DNA from: a virus
Taxonomy: Duplodnaviria; Caudoviricetes
DNA: 57,062 nucleotides
Strand: one strand, 5' to 3'
IMG/VR virus record: IMGVR_UViG_3300031623_000006
Location: 1-57,062 of that record
Made by a program: the position numbers and the translations under genes
Shown here: positions 14,798 through 23,602 of the stretch, one piece after another
Position numbering within the stretch: the first letter of the stretch is position 1
How the letters are laid out: each line of letters starts with the position of its first letter
Notes under the pieces: generated by a model
The model's input: the letters and a program-made list of their open reading frames with translations, nothing else
What the model was told of the DNA's origin: nothing
The model's database searches: none

Positions 14798-15599
14798 AGG
14801 AACAACGAAACGCGCCGGAGGTGTAAGGGTTGCACGTCCGCTATTCCATGCGGAAGGAGGCGGTTCAACTCCGACCTCGGCGCTTTGCCATCAAAAATCA
14901 ATCAGAGACAAGGCCGCGATGGAGTACCGGCCCAGCGGGCTATTTAATGATATCCCCAGCAGTCACGACCGGGCAGATATCGGCACAAGTGTCGTGAGAA
15001 GGGTTTCGTGGAGGGCGGCAAACGCCATTATTCTGAAATACGAATGGCTAGGCTCGATGGCAATGAAGACTACAGACTGCTTTGGTATCTATTTTGGGGG
15101 TTTTCTCGCCGGAGTCTGTTGCTTTTCGCCCCCACCCACACCCCACGTCGCGATGGGGGCGATTGGGAAAGATCACGTCAACCTTGTTAAAGTTCTCTCT
15201 CGCGGCGCATGTGTCTGGTGGGCGCACGAGCATTCCGCCAGCAAGCTCATTTCCCTCGCGACGAAAATCATGGTCAGTGAAACACGATATAGGGTGTTTT
15301 TAGCATTTTCTGATCCGAGAGCAATGGAAATCGGCACTGTGTACCAAGCGTCAAATTGGATTTACACCGGAATAACAAATTCTCACACTTCGTACTTCAT
15401 TGGCGGGGCATGGAGAACCGAAAGATCAGCACGGCAAGAAAGTTACCGGATTGCCGGTATCGACTTCCGAAAATGTCCCAAGAAGAAAGAACCGGGAAAG
15501 CACAGGTACTTGAAGCTGGACGCACCAACCAAGAGGGAACGGCAATATATTCGCGGCCTAATCAGGTATGAGGGGTTGCCGTATCCGAAGAGGACGTGA
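14784..15599 (+). CDS. Mom-like (GNAT-fold) DNA adenine modification enzyme
   Basis: A..IILKYEWLG...FGIYF...GVCCF...LSRGAC...SASKLIS...AFSDP...EIGTVYQASNWIYTG...KHRY...YPK; start could instead be at 14919. Confidence 0.75.
   Translation: MALSEGTTKRAGGVRVARPLFHAEGGGSTPTSALCHQKSIRDKAAMEYRPSGLFNDIPSSHDRADIGTSVVRRVSWRAANAIILKYEWLGSMAMKTTDCFGIYFGGFLAGVCCFSPPPTPHVAMGAIGKDHVNLVKVLSRGACVWWAHEHSASKLISLATKIMVSETRYRVFLAFSDPRAMEIGTVYQASNWIYTGITNSHTSYFIGGAWRTERSARQESYRIAGIDFRKCPKKKEPGKHRYLKLDAPTKRERQYIRGLIRYEGLPYPKRT
14812..14883 (+). other. tRNA-Gly(TCC)-like cloverleaf embedded in frame at the start of the Mom-like gene
   Basis: Acceptor GCGCCGG/TCGGCGC, D arm GTGT/GCAC, anticodon arm TCCGC/GCGGA around TATTCCAT, T arm GGCGG-TTCAACT-CCGAC; the 8-nt loop and a T-stem mismatch argue against a canonical tRNA. 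Confidence 0.6.
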
Positions 15600-15850
15600 A
15601 CACCCTGATTTCATACCAAGACACCTGCAATCACACGGGAACGATATATCGGGCTGCGGGATGGTCAGAAGCGAAGGGTTACACCCATACGGCGCACGGG
15701 TGGGAAGTCCCGAATCGAGGCGGTAGGTCAGATCAATCCGTTAAACCGCGAATGCGATGGCATCGAGAACTGCGGGACACGCCGGCGACGACTCGCGTTG
15801 AGAAGCCGGAACCGGTGAAGCAACCAGAGTTATTTGGGGATGTGGAGTAA
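15596..15850 (+). pseudogene. C-terminal fragment of a second Mom/XF1762-like gene
   Basis: Begins directly at LISYQD...HTGTIYRAAGW, the equivalent of AFSDP...IGTVYQASNW in the upstream gene; in-frame stop at 15569 and no N-terminal half. Confidence 0.65.
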
Positions 15851-15852
15851 AC

Positions 15853-16638
15853 ATGGCACTTTCTGACGCACAATCGGCAGCACTCACGGCCGCCACGAAT
15901 GCGAACCGCGAAAAGCACGGCGTCGTCAATCAGCCTGAGACTCAGAAGATTCCGGTGCGGCAGGTAATGCGGGCAATTCCACCAAAACCGATTTCGGATG
16001 AGGCCGTGAACACTCGCCGTTCCGAGAAGGCAGCGTCCGAAAAACAAGTCAAATGCGAATCGCTCGTGAACGCAGTCCGAGCCGCCATAGGCAAGCGGTA
16101 CAGCGGGTGCACGCTGGCGAACTACGACTGCACAACTGACGAGCAGAGCGATGTTGTGACTCGCATCAGTGAGTACGCGGACGCTCTCGATGGCGGGAAG
16201 GCACCTGTGAGCAGCATTGTTCTCTACGGGCCAGTCGGAACAGGCAAAGACCACCTGCTGTCGGCATTGATGCTCACGGCTGCGAGGAACGGCCACAGCG
16301 TCCACTGGATCAACGGCATGGATTTGTACTCGCGATACCGCGACAGCATCGACAGCGAACGCACAGAGAAGCAGGTTGCGTCTGAGTTCACGACGCCCGA
16401 TGTGCTGTGTATCAGCGACCCGATACCGCCGTGGGGCGAACTGACGACGGGGCAGGTTGCTTTTATGTTCCGCGTTCTGGACAGGCGATATCGCGACATG
16501 AAGCCAACGTGGTGTTCGATGAATGCCGCGAGCAGCGAAGATGCGGCAGACCGGATGAGCAGCCAACTGATTGACCGGCTGAAAGATGGCGCGATTTGCT
16601 TGCACTGTAACTGGCCGAGCCACCGGAAATCACGATAG
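15853..16638 (+). CDS. DnaC/IstB-like AAA+ helicase loader
   Basis: Walker A GPVGTGKD, Walker B VLCISD, then RY...KPT and IDRL motifs. Confidence 0.9.
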   Translation: MALSDAQSAALTAATNANREKHGVVNQPETQKIPVRQVMRAIPPKPISDEAVNTRRSEKAASEKQVKCESLVNAVRAAIGKRYSGCTLANYDCTTDEQSDVVTRISEYADALDGGKAPVSSIVLYGPVGTGKDHLLSALMLTAARNGHSVHWINGMDLYSRYRDSIDSERTEKQVASEFTTPDVLCISDPIPPWGELTTGQVAFMFRVLDRRYRDMKPTWCSMNAASSEDAADRMSSQLIDRLKDGAICLHCNWPSHRKSR

Positions 16639-16653
16639 CAACGAGAGGGAACC

Positions 16654-16824
16654 ATGACGCTTGAATCTCAAATAGCAGAAACGCTCCATCAAGGCCCAGC
16701 GACATTGCACTCGATTGTTCTGATGCTGGGAAACGATGATTCGCTGGTGAATCGTGTTGGCTGGATTCTATTCAGCCGCTCGCGGTTTGTCCGAAACACC
16801 GATGGAACCTGGAGAGTGAAGTGA
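16654..16824 (+). CDS. Small hypothetical protein (56 aa)
   Basis: GAGGG site; hand translation MTLESQIAETLHQGPATLHSI...GTWRVK; GTGA overlap with the next gene. Confidence 0.55.
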   Translation: MTLESQIAETLHQGPATLHSIVLMLGNDDSLVNRVGWILFSRSRFVRNTDGTWRVK

Positions 16825-17192
16825 AACCCACCCGCCAAGAACTCCGCATCGCCGGTAAAGCACGCCGCGATGCGTGGATGGACGGGCAGAAGCAGTTCTG
16901 CTGGGTGTGCGGAACGATGTTTCGTCTCTGCGTCCATCACATCATGGAGCGCCTTGGTTCACCTGAACGCTGGGATCAGACGCCGAATTTTTTCGTTATC
17001 TGTGACGATTGCCATACGAGTGAGTTTCACGACACCGCAGACGCCGACCAGCTTTGTCGAAAGAAGATGCACGATCCAGAACACTACGATCGGCTCGCGT
17101 GGAATCTGTCGCGGGATGAGAGGGCACCGGAGTTTGTTACTACGGCGGAAGTCGCCGCCGCAACGCAACGTATTTTTGGGGGAGCGATATGA
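16821..17192 (+). CDS. HNH-family zinc-binding nuclease-like protein
   Basis: CWVC...VHHI...N...ICDDCH. Confidence 0.75.
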   Translation: MKPTRQELRIAGKARRDAWMDGQKQFCWVCGTMFRLCVHHIMERLGSPERWDQTPNFFVICDDCHTSEFHDTADADQLCRKKMHDPEHYDRLAWNLSRDERAPEFVTTAEVAAATQRIFGGAI

Positions 17193-17572
17193 CCGAAGAC
17201 ATTGCGCAGGGACTGATTGATGATATTGCACATCTGGACGAACAGATTGAGTCACTGTCCAAGAAACGCAGTGGACGGCTACAGGCGTTCGCAGACGAGA
17301 CCTGTCCGTTCAAGGTGGGCGACACCGTCACGTCCTACGGATACTCACACACCGGAAAGCGGTGCGTGGTGTCAAGAATCATGTACGAAGGGAATTCGCG
17401 TAATGGATATCAGTGGAAAGCGAATGGCTGGCTGCTGAAGAAGAACGGCGAGAAGTCCAAGAACTTGGCTGAGTGGGATGCTTCGCAGCAGGCCAATGAG
17501 GGTGATTACTGTGTCGCGCCGCATGCTTGGCATGTATGGAAAGCGAGAGTGAGTGATGTCACGGGTGATTGA
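17189..17572 (+). CDS. Hypothetical protein
   Basis: GGGGAG site; coiled coil followed by CPFKVGDTV. Confidence 0.65.
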   Translation: MTEDIAQGLIDDIAHLDEQIESLSKKRSGRLQAFADETCPFKVGDTVTSYGYSHTGKRCVVSRIMYEGNSRNGYQWKANGWLLKKNGEKSKNLAEWDASQQANEGDYCVAPHAWHVWKARVSDVTGD

Positions 17573-18014
17573 ATTCATAGTGCCGGCGGTGCCGGTTGCA
17601 CAGCCACGGGCGAGAGCAACATCACGTGGTGGTCACGCAAGCGTCTACTCGCAGACAACCATCAAGAATCAACGGACGGGCGAGAGTCGTCCGCATCCGA
17701 TAGTGGCGTTCAAGGCGACAGTGCGGATGATGGCAAGCGCAGCGTACACGGGACCGCCGATGCTCGGACCATTGCGGGTTGATGTGCTGGCGGTGTTCCC
17801 TCGTCACGGAACAAAGATTTGGAAGAAGAAGCCGATGCCGCGATACCGTCACATCGAGAAGCCGGATCGTGATAATCTCGACAAGGCCGTCCTCGATTCT
17901 CTGAAAGGAATTATGTGGCGCGACGATTGTCAGATTTGCGACGGCCGGATTCAGAAATGGAGAGCGTCGGGCGACGAGCAGCCGCACGTGAAGGTAACGA
18001 TAACTGAGTTGTGA
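17556..18014 (+). CDS. rusA: RusA-family Holliday junction resolvase
   Basis: PVAQPRAR...KPDRDNLDKAVLDSLKGIMWRDDCQI. Confidence 0.92.
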   Translation: MSRVIEFIVPAVPVAQPRARATSRGGHASVYSQTTIKNQRTGESRPHPIVAFKATVRMMASAAYTGPPMLGPLRVDVLAVFPRHGTKIWKKKPMPRYRHIEKPDRDNLDKAVLDSLKGIMWRDDCQICDGRIQKWRASGDEQPHVKVTITEL

Positions 18015-18023
18015 GGAAACGAC

Positions 18024-18200
18024 ATGCTCGACGAACATCTCAAAGAAGTGATTACCGAGCCGGTGTACGTGAAGGTGAGAGAGGGGGAAGTAGACAGCAC
18101 TACAGAATGGGTAGAGGGACTGTTGATTTGTGATTACGATAAAGGCGGGATGTTGTTGGGAGTTGAGATTCTGAACGTCACCTCACAGGACACTGACTAA
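18024..18200 (+). CDS. DUF2283-like small protein
   Basis: GAGG site; hand translation ...VYVKVREGEVDSTTEWVEGLLICDYDKGGMLLGVEILN. Confidence 0.65.
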   Translation: MLDEHLKEVITEPVYVKVREGEVDSTTEWVEGLLICDYDKGGMLLGVEILNVTSQDTD

Positions 18201-18397
18201 TGTCACGCCGCAGCGACAAAGCACCGTTCACGCCAACACCAGAACAAATCAGGCGTGGATGTGCGAAGATTCAGGCTGAATGGGATGACGAGAACGACCA
18301 TCGCGTCGATGCGTACAAGCAGGTTGAAACCCGTCACAGGGTGGCTCGACTCGGGCGAAAGTCACCGTCTATCGGCAACGAGGACTTCGGGGAGTGA
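18200..18397 (+). CDS. Small hypothetical protein
   Basis: TAATG coupling; contains PTPEQIRRGC..IQ..W. Confidence 0.65.
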   Translation: MSRRSDKAPFTPTPEQIRRGCAKIQAEWDDENDHRVDAYKQVETRHRVARLGRKSPSIGNEDFGE

Positions 18398-18405
18398 GGC
18401 AGGGA

Positions 18406-18585
18406 ATGCCCGAAATTAAGCACCACCACACAGCACGTCACGACGGTGAGAAGACAATCATCCACCACCACGTCCCCGAGGGCATGGTGCTGAAGGAACG
18501 GACCAGCGTGCGAAATGGTGTGCGGCATCTGCATTTTGTGATTGAGAAACAGGAGAAACAAAGCAGACTGGACTCTGAACAGTAA
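18406..18585 (+). CDS. Small His-rich hypothetical protein
   Basis: GAGG/AGGG site upstream; 59 aa. Confidence 0.5.
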   Translation: MPEIKHHHTARHDGEKTIIHHHVPEGMVLKERTSVRNGVRHLHFVIEKQEKQSRLDSEQ

Positions 18586-18663
18586 AACAGGATAGGATAA
18601 CCGCACATACAGCCGTCTATTGATACGGCGAGGCGACAGACGACCAGAAGTCGATAACCAACT

Positions 18664-18706
18664 CGGCGGTCATTTCACCTTCACGGTGGGATACCGCCGT
18701 TTTTTT
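18664..18706 (+). terminator. Intrinsic terminator in the leader of the late operon
   Basis: CGGCGGT/ACCGCCG outer stem, TTTCACC/GGTGGGA inner stem, then 7 T. Confidence 0.75.
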
Positions 18707-18729
18707 ATGCCCACACGGAAAGTCCAGGA

Positions 18730-19020
18730 ATGTCTCGCAAGCAACTGGTTTCCACTTATGGGGTGCTGGCGGCAGTGTTTGCCACGGCGATTGCAGCGCA
18801 CGACGTGGTTGTGATACCGCTAATACGGCAGGCGGTTGCGGAAGACCGAGACAACGCCATCAAAGTGCATGGTGAGAGAACGCACAAGAATGCGGTTCAC
18901 AAAGACGAGTTTTCTCGTCTTGCAAAGACGCTGGAACGTCACGAGGTGGCAGCCAAGGCAGACCGCATCCGGCTTGAGGGCAAGGTGGACCGTCTAATTG
19001 AGATGGGGAGACATCGGTGA
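18730..19020 (+). CDS. Small membrane protein (holin-like position)
   Basis: N-terminal hydrophobic stretch followed by a coiled coil ending RLEGKVDRLIE. Confidence 0.6.
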   Translation: MSRKQLVSTYGVLAAVFATAIAAHDVVVIPLIRQAVAEDRDNAIKVHGERTHKNAVHKDEFSRLAKTLERHEVAAKADRIRLEGKVDRLIEMGRHR

Positions 19021-19841
19021 CACCGAAGCTCGCAGCATCACTCTGCGGTGACATCTACGGCACCCCTGACGCTGCGATGTTAGCGGCGGGTGGACGTGGG
19101 CTGAAGGAAATCGTCTTTCTCGACGAAGGCAGCACGCAGGTTCTGCTCGGTCAACTCACCACCACCGGAGAATCAATCGTCGTATTCCGAGGCACTAAGA
19201 TCGATCCGATTCAAATTTACTGGCAGGACATCGCCAAGTTTAGAGTTCTACGGAAGATACTCAAGAGTCTTGCGGATATCGGCTCAGATATCGACGCAAA
19301 GATGGAATCGTGGGGCGGCAAGGGATTGGTACACAGCGGATTTCACGACGCCCTGAATTGTGTGTCTCTCGACATTCACGCATACCTCGGCAACCACCGC
19401 AGCGACAAGGTTCAGGTGATCGGGCATTCGCTCGGCGGTGCGTTGGCTCAACTATACGGCGGCTTGTACGCAGGGGAACTGGCTGATTTGACTCGTGTGA
19501 TGGTAACGACATTCGGTTGCCCGGCAGTTGGTAATGCAGAAGCCTGTCGCCACATCGACGAGAACTGTCAATCGAACGTCAACTGGGAATACTGCTCGGA
19601 TATCGTGGTGCGACTCTTGAACCACGTACCCCTCGGCTACCGACGCCCTGGACGAACCGAATACGTGAACCGAAAAGGCAAGACCCTGTACCACGCCACA
19701 CGGCGTCAGAAGTTCGTGGACCGCAGCATACTGCGGGCGCAGCGGTTCATGTCGGGTGGTCCGAAAAATGCGTTCCGGGCTGAGTGGGAACACCACAGCA
19801 TCCATAAATGGCAGACTCAGAAATGCTTGGGGGCGAAATGA
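19017..19841 (+). CDS. Class 3 lipase (alpha/beta hydrolase)
   Basis: VVFRGT, VHSGF, nucleophile elbow GHSLGGALA, TFGCP.VGN, DIV and C-terminal HHS. Confidence 0.92.
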   Translation: MTPKLAASLCGDIYGTPDAAMLAAGGRGLKEIVFLDEGSTQVLLGQLTTTGESIVVFRGTKIDPIQIYWQDIAKFRVLRKILKSLADIGSDIDAKMESWGGKGLVHSGFHDALNCVSLDIHAYLGNHRSDKVQVIGHSLGGALAQLYGGLYAGELADLTRVMVTTFGCPAVGNAEACRHIDENCQSNVNWEYCSDIVVRLLNHVPLGYRRPGRTEYVNRKGKTLYHATRRQKFVDRSILRAQRFMSGGPKNAFRAEWEHHSIHKWQTQKCLGAK

Positions 19842-20245
19842 ACGCGATGCTACTTGCAGCGTTTCTCGTCGGACCACTACCGCCACAGTCGGTGCAAGCG
19901 GACGACTGGACACGAGAAATTACTGTCGTGCGAATCGTCGATGGTGACACCGTCGATTGCTTGCTCGATTTAGGATACGACATCCAGCTCAAGGTGAGGG
20001 TGCGTCTGTCTGGTATCGACGCGCCGGAAGTTCGTGGCAAAGAAAAAGTGAAGGGACTGGAGTCGTCGGCACACTTATTAAAGCTGCTGAAGGCACACAA
20101 AGGGAAGCTCACAGTTCGGCCACCGAAGAAGCAGCGGGGCAAGTTCGGTCGATGGCTGATGGTGATATACGGTGGAGACGTGAACCTGAACCAGCAGATG
20201 GTGAAGGATGGATTTGCGAAAGAATACCACGGGGGTAAGCGATGA
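19838..20245 (+). CDS. Thermonuclease (SNase-like) with N-terminal signal peptide
   Basis: RIVDGDTVD...VRLSGIDAPE...GKFGRWL...LNQQMVKDGFA. Confidence 0.92.
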   Translation: MNAMLLAAFLVGPLPPQSVQADDWTREITVVRIVDGDTVDCLLDLGYDIQLKVRVRLSGIDAPEVRGKEKVKGLESSAHLLKLLKAHKGKLTVRPPKKQRGKFGRWLMVIYGGDVNLNQQMVKDGFAKEYHGGKR

Positions 20246-21420
20246 GGTTCATAGCATCAGCCATCATGCTCTGCGCATCCGTGGCACAGGCGTCACCGCA
20301 AGAGGCAACAGGCACCATTGGGGGCGGCTGCTCCTGCGTGGTGATCTCGCCCGATGGGTACGTGCTGACGGCAGAGCATTGCGGCGCGAAAGACGGCGAG
20401 ACCGTCACGCTGAATGGCCGGGCATACAAAGCCAAGATGGTACACGCCCCGCACAATAACAACGTGGACGAGGCGGTGCTGCTCAAAATCAGCAGTCCCG
20501 ACCCGTTCCCCTACGCTCCGGTATCGAAGACGCATCCAGAAGCAGGAGACCACGTCACGTCGATGGGATTTCCCAACGGCAAGTGGGCCGAATCCAGCGG
20601 AGAGATACTGTCCGTGTCGGCCACTATCGGCAACCCGATGGGTGTGTTCGCTACGGCTTACACAACACACGTCAACTTCGGAGCAGCAGGCGGCAACAGC
20701 GGGGGTCCGTTATTCAACGCAGAGGGCGAGGTCATTGGCCTAACATCAACGACGTCGCCCGACGGCAGTCGGTGCATCGGATGGGCGTCAATCAACACAG
20801 CAACCAAGGGCATCACGTTCGTTCAACAGTTCCGGCGCAAGCCGCACGTGCTGTTCTTCGGCTTCGAGGAATGCCCGCCCTGCCAGTCAGTCAAGCGGGA
20901 CATCAAGGCGGGGCTGCTCGACGACATCGACATCGAATACGTTGACATCCAGACGGTTGAGGGCAACAAGCGGTGGGTGGCACTGACGGACGCCATCAAG
21001 AAGGCGAACCCGAACTTCAAGTACGAATACACCTTCCCTGCCTTTCATCGGGCGGGAGACGCGAACATCGTCTACGGCTACAACCAGAGGGGCGGCGACA
21101 GGCGATTGCTCAAGTGGGTGCTGGACACCATCAGGCTGCCGCTGACGCTGACCGAGGGCATTCTCGGACTGGTGTATCCAAAGTCGAGCGGAACGCAGTC
21201 ACCGCCTGCACCTGTGCCGCCTGCTGAAGACGATCCGCCGAGTCCGAAGTCAACGACGCCACCGAATGCTCCCGTCGCACCTGTTGACGATGAGCCAACC
21301 GTTGACGACGACCCACCTGTCGAGGCACCGGAACCGGAAGCCGATTCACTAATGCTCGTGCTACTGGCGGCGGGCATGGGCTTGGTAGAGACGTTTATCA
21401 AGAAGAAGGTGAAGCCATGA
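20242..21420 (+). CDS. Secreted trypsin-like serine protease fused to a thioredoxin-like domain, Pro-rich linker and C-terminal hydrophobic segment
   Basis: Signal peptide, LTAEHC, GGNSGGPL, then CPPC...FPAF, a PPAPVPP-rich tract and LMLVLLAAGMGLV. Confidence 0.9.
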   Translation: MRFIASAIMLCASVAQASPQEATGTIGGGCSCVVISPDGYVLTAEHCGAKDGETVTLNGRAYKAKMVHAPHNNNVDEAVLLKISSPDPFPYAPVSKTHPEAGDHVTSMGFPNGKWAESSGEILSVSATIGNPMGVFATAYTTHVNFGAAGGNSGGPLFNAEGEVIGLTSTTSPDGSRCIGWASINTATKGITFVQQFRRKPHVLFFGFEECPPCQSVKRDIKAGLLDDIDIEYVDIQTVEGNKRWVALTDAIKKANPNFKYEYTFPAFHRAGDANIVYGYNQRGGDRRLLKWVLDTIRLPLTLTEGILGLVYPKSSGTQSPPAPVPPAEDDPPSPKSTTPPNAPVAPVDDEPTVDDDPPVEAPEPEADSLMLVLLAAGMGLVETFIKKKVKP

Positions 21421-21674
21421 CTGCTGCACTGGCATTCCTCACAAGCCCTATCGGTGCCTACATCGTGTCCCGCCTCGGCAGCAAGTTGATGAGGGAGCAC
21501 GGCGGCACGCTCTGGTTCAAGATTGGGTCCGTTTTGTTCAAGCGGTTCCTGAAGCCCAAGAAGACCGACGCACAGAATCTGCTCGACAGACTCGACGCCG
21601 AGGGGGTCAAGCTGACGAAGGCGCAGCGAGCCAAGCTGTCGCAGGAAGACCAAGACCTGATTGATCACGTATAA
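21417..21674 (+). CDS. Small hypothetical protein, possibly membrane-associated
   Basis: ATGA overlap; hydrophobic N-terminus. Confidence 0.6.
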   Translation: MTAALAFLTSPIGAYIVSRLGSKLMREHGGTLWFKIGSVLFKRFLKPKKTDAQNLLDRLDAEGVKLTKAQRAKLSQEDQDLIDHV

Positions 21675-21683
21675 GGAGTGCCA

Positions 21684-21989
21684 ATGTCTCTTGTCGCAAG
21701 ATTTCAGCAACCCGGATTAGATGACGACACCGATGGCATCCCCGTCCATCAGTTCGCGGCAGCGTTGAGGCTGTGGTCGCGCGGGAAGACCACAAGAGGC
21801 AATGTCATCTCTACCTTTGCAATCAGTGTCGCAGAAGAAGCGCAACTGGACTTGATTAAGGCAAACTATCTGGGCAAGGCGGCGGGCATCGACCGTGCCG
21901 ACTACCTGTCTGACGTGGAGTCCGCGCAGTTCCTGCTTGAGGGCGGCACAATTACATTGGCGCAGGCCGAGTCCATTATTGAACTGTAG
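21684..21989 (+). CDS. Hypothetical protein
   Basis: TAAGGAG site. Confidence 0.7.
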   Translation: MSLVARFQQPGLDDDTDGIPVHQFAAALRLWSRGKTTRGNVISTFAISVAEEAQLDLIKANYLGKAAGIDRADYLSDVESAQFLLEGGTITLAQAESIIEL

Positions 21990-21994
21990 CAGCA

Positions 21995-23599
21995 ATGGCA
22001 GACGTAAAATACAAAGTGGTCGAGGCTGCACTCCCGTCGTCAGGGACGGCTGAAGTTACGGACATTACTTGCCCTGCTGATACGATGGGAGACCTGACAG
22101 ACACGTACTTCACGTTTCGCAACGGGGCCGACGCTGCGTTTTATGCGTGGTTTAATGCTGATGGAATTGGGGCTGATCCTACCCCCGGTGGTACGGGGAT
22201 CGAGGTTGGTATCATGTCAGACGATACAGCAACCGCCGTGGCAACCGCGACGGCAAGTGCGATTGATGCAAACGGCAACTTCAGTTGTACTTCGTCATCG
22301 GCGGTAGCAACAATCACGAACGCAGCGGGTGGGGCCGCAACAGATGCAGCCGATGGGAATGCAGGCGTCAGCGTTAATGTCACAACGCAGGGTGCTGCCG
22401 GTACAACTGACTTCACGTCGGCGGGATTCGGTACGGTCAAGGCGGCTGTGATATTTCACACGTCCTGCATCACTCTTGGCACACGGGCTGATGGGTATGA
22501 GTTTGGCGTTGGGTTCTGGGACGGGACAAATCAGGGGGCTGCGCAGGTAACGGCTGAAGACGCTGTAGGAACGACGGCAACACACAGAATTGGCGTGCAA
22601 AACAGAGCCGCTCTTGTAGGCATTAGCGGAACACTCACTGAGTACACGGCTTCTGCGATAACGGATGGTATTCGATTGACTCTGACAGTTGACAATACAG
22701 CGGTGCAGCGACGGTGCGTTGTTTTGCTGATTGGTGGGGCAGACGCGGCGGGGGCAACTGGCAGTTTCGCCCTGCATACAGCCCAGAATTCAGCGACGAC
22801 AAAAGCACACGGTATGGGGGTAACTCCTGACGCGGTTCTGTTTACGTGCAGTTCAAAACCAAATACCAATCGAGGAAATGACGCCCGGTTGGCGTTTGGC
22901 GTTTGTTCGTCGGACCTAACCCAACGATGCGTGTTGTGGTCGAGCAACAATGCAGTGTCTGCTGCTGACGTGACGGCTAGGCTCGAAACTAACTCAGCAA
23001 CGGGGGTGGTATCTTCCGCCGGGCTTGGTGCAACTGGCGAAATCACAACGCTTGACGCGACAAACATTATATGCACGACACGAGATGCGGCCACAAAAGC
23101 TTACTTTGTCAACTACCTCGCACTCGACCTTAACGGTGCTGGCGTTGATTTAAGAACGCTGACATCTCCAACTAGTACCGGGGACAACGCAGTGTCTGGT
23201 GTTGGGTTTGCACCGTCCGCATTACTCCAGTGTTTGACGAAAATTGCGACGGCAGATTCAACAATCACAGACGCGGCTGCAAACTCCCTCCAAGTTGGGG
23301 TGACAGACGGTACAAATACATTCAGCCTATGCTCGGTTGACGAGGAAGCGGCAGCTACTACCAACACATTCTCAGTCACGACATCAGGAAAACTGATTGA
23401 CCTCGACAATTCAGCGTCTGGGTCAGCAGCCGACTTAATCACGGCGACGACGACACTTGACGGAGACGGGCGAACCCACAACTACACGGCGGTTGATGGA
23501 ACTGCTAGGCTAGGTTGGGAGTTAATGTTTGGAGTCCCAGCATCGGGACTCAGCATTCCTATAGCAGCCTATCATTACAATCACAGCTTGAGGTCATAA
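21995..23599 (+). CDS. Ala/Thr/Gly-rich virion fibre or surface protein
   Basis: 534 aa, beta-rich composition with three internal G(F/M)G..P.A repeats; lies in the late operon. Confidence 0.65.
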   Translation: MADVKYKVVEAALPSSGTAEVTDITCPADTMGDLTDTYFTFRNGADAAFYAWFNADGIGADPTPGGTGIEVGIMSDDTATAVATATASAIDANGNFSCTSSSAVATITNAAGGAATDAADGNAGVSVNVTTQGAAGTTDFTSAGFGTVKAAVIFHTSCITLGTRADGYEFGVGFWDGTNQGAAQVTAEDAVGTTATHRIGVQNRAALVGISGTLTEYTASAITDGIRLTLTVDNTAVQRRCVVLLIGGADAAGATGSFALHTAQNSATTKAHGMGVTPDAVLFTCSSKPNTNRGNDARLAFGVCSSDLTQRCVLWSSNNAVSAADVTARLETNSATGVVSSAGLGATGEITTLDATNIICTTRDAATKAYFVNYLALDLNGAGVDLRTLTSPTSTGDNAVSGVGFAPSALLQCLTKIATADSTITDAAANSLQVGVTDGTNTFSLCSVDEEAAATTNTFSVTTSGKLIDLDNSASGSAADLITATTTLDGDGRTHNYTAVDGTARLGWELMFGVPASGLSIPIAAYHYNHSLRS

Positions 23600-23602
23600 C
23601 CG

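Noticed and set aside
14812-14883. Functional tRNA-Gly gene
   Set aside because: It has an 8-nt anticodon loop, a T-stem mismatch, no T at position 8 and lies in a coding frame; kept only as a tRNA-like element.
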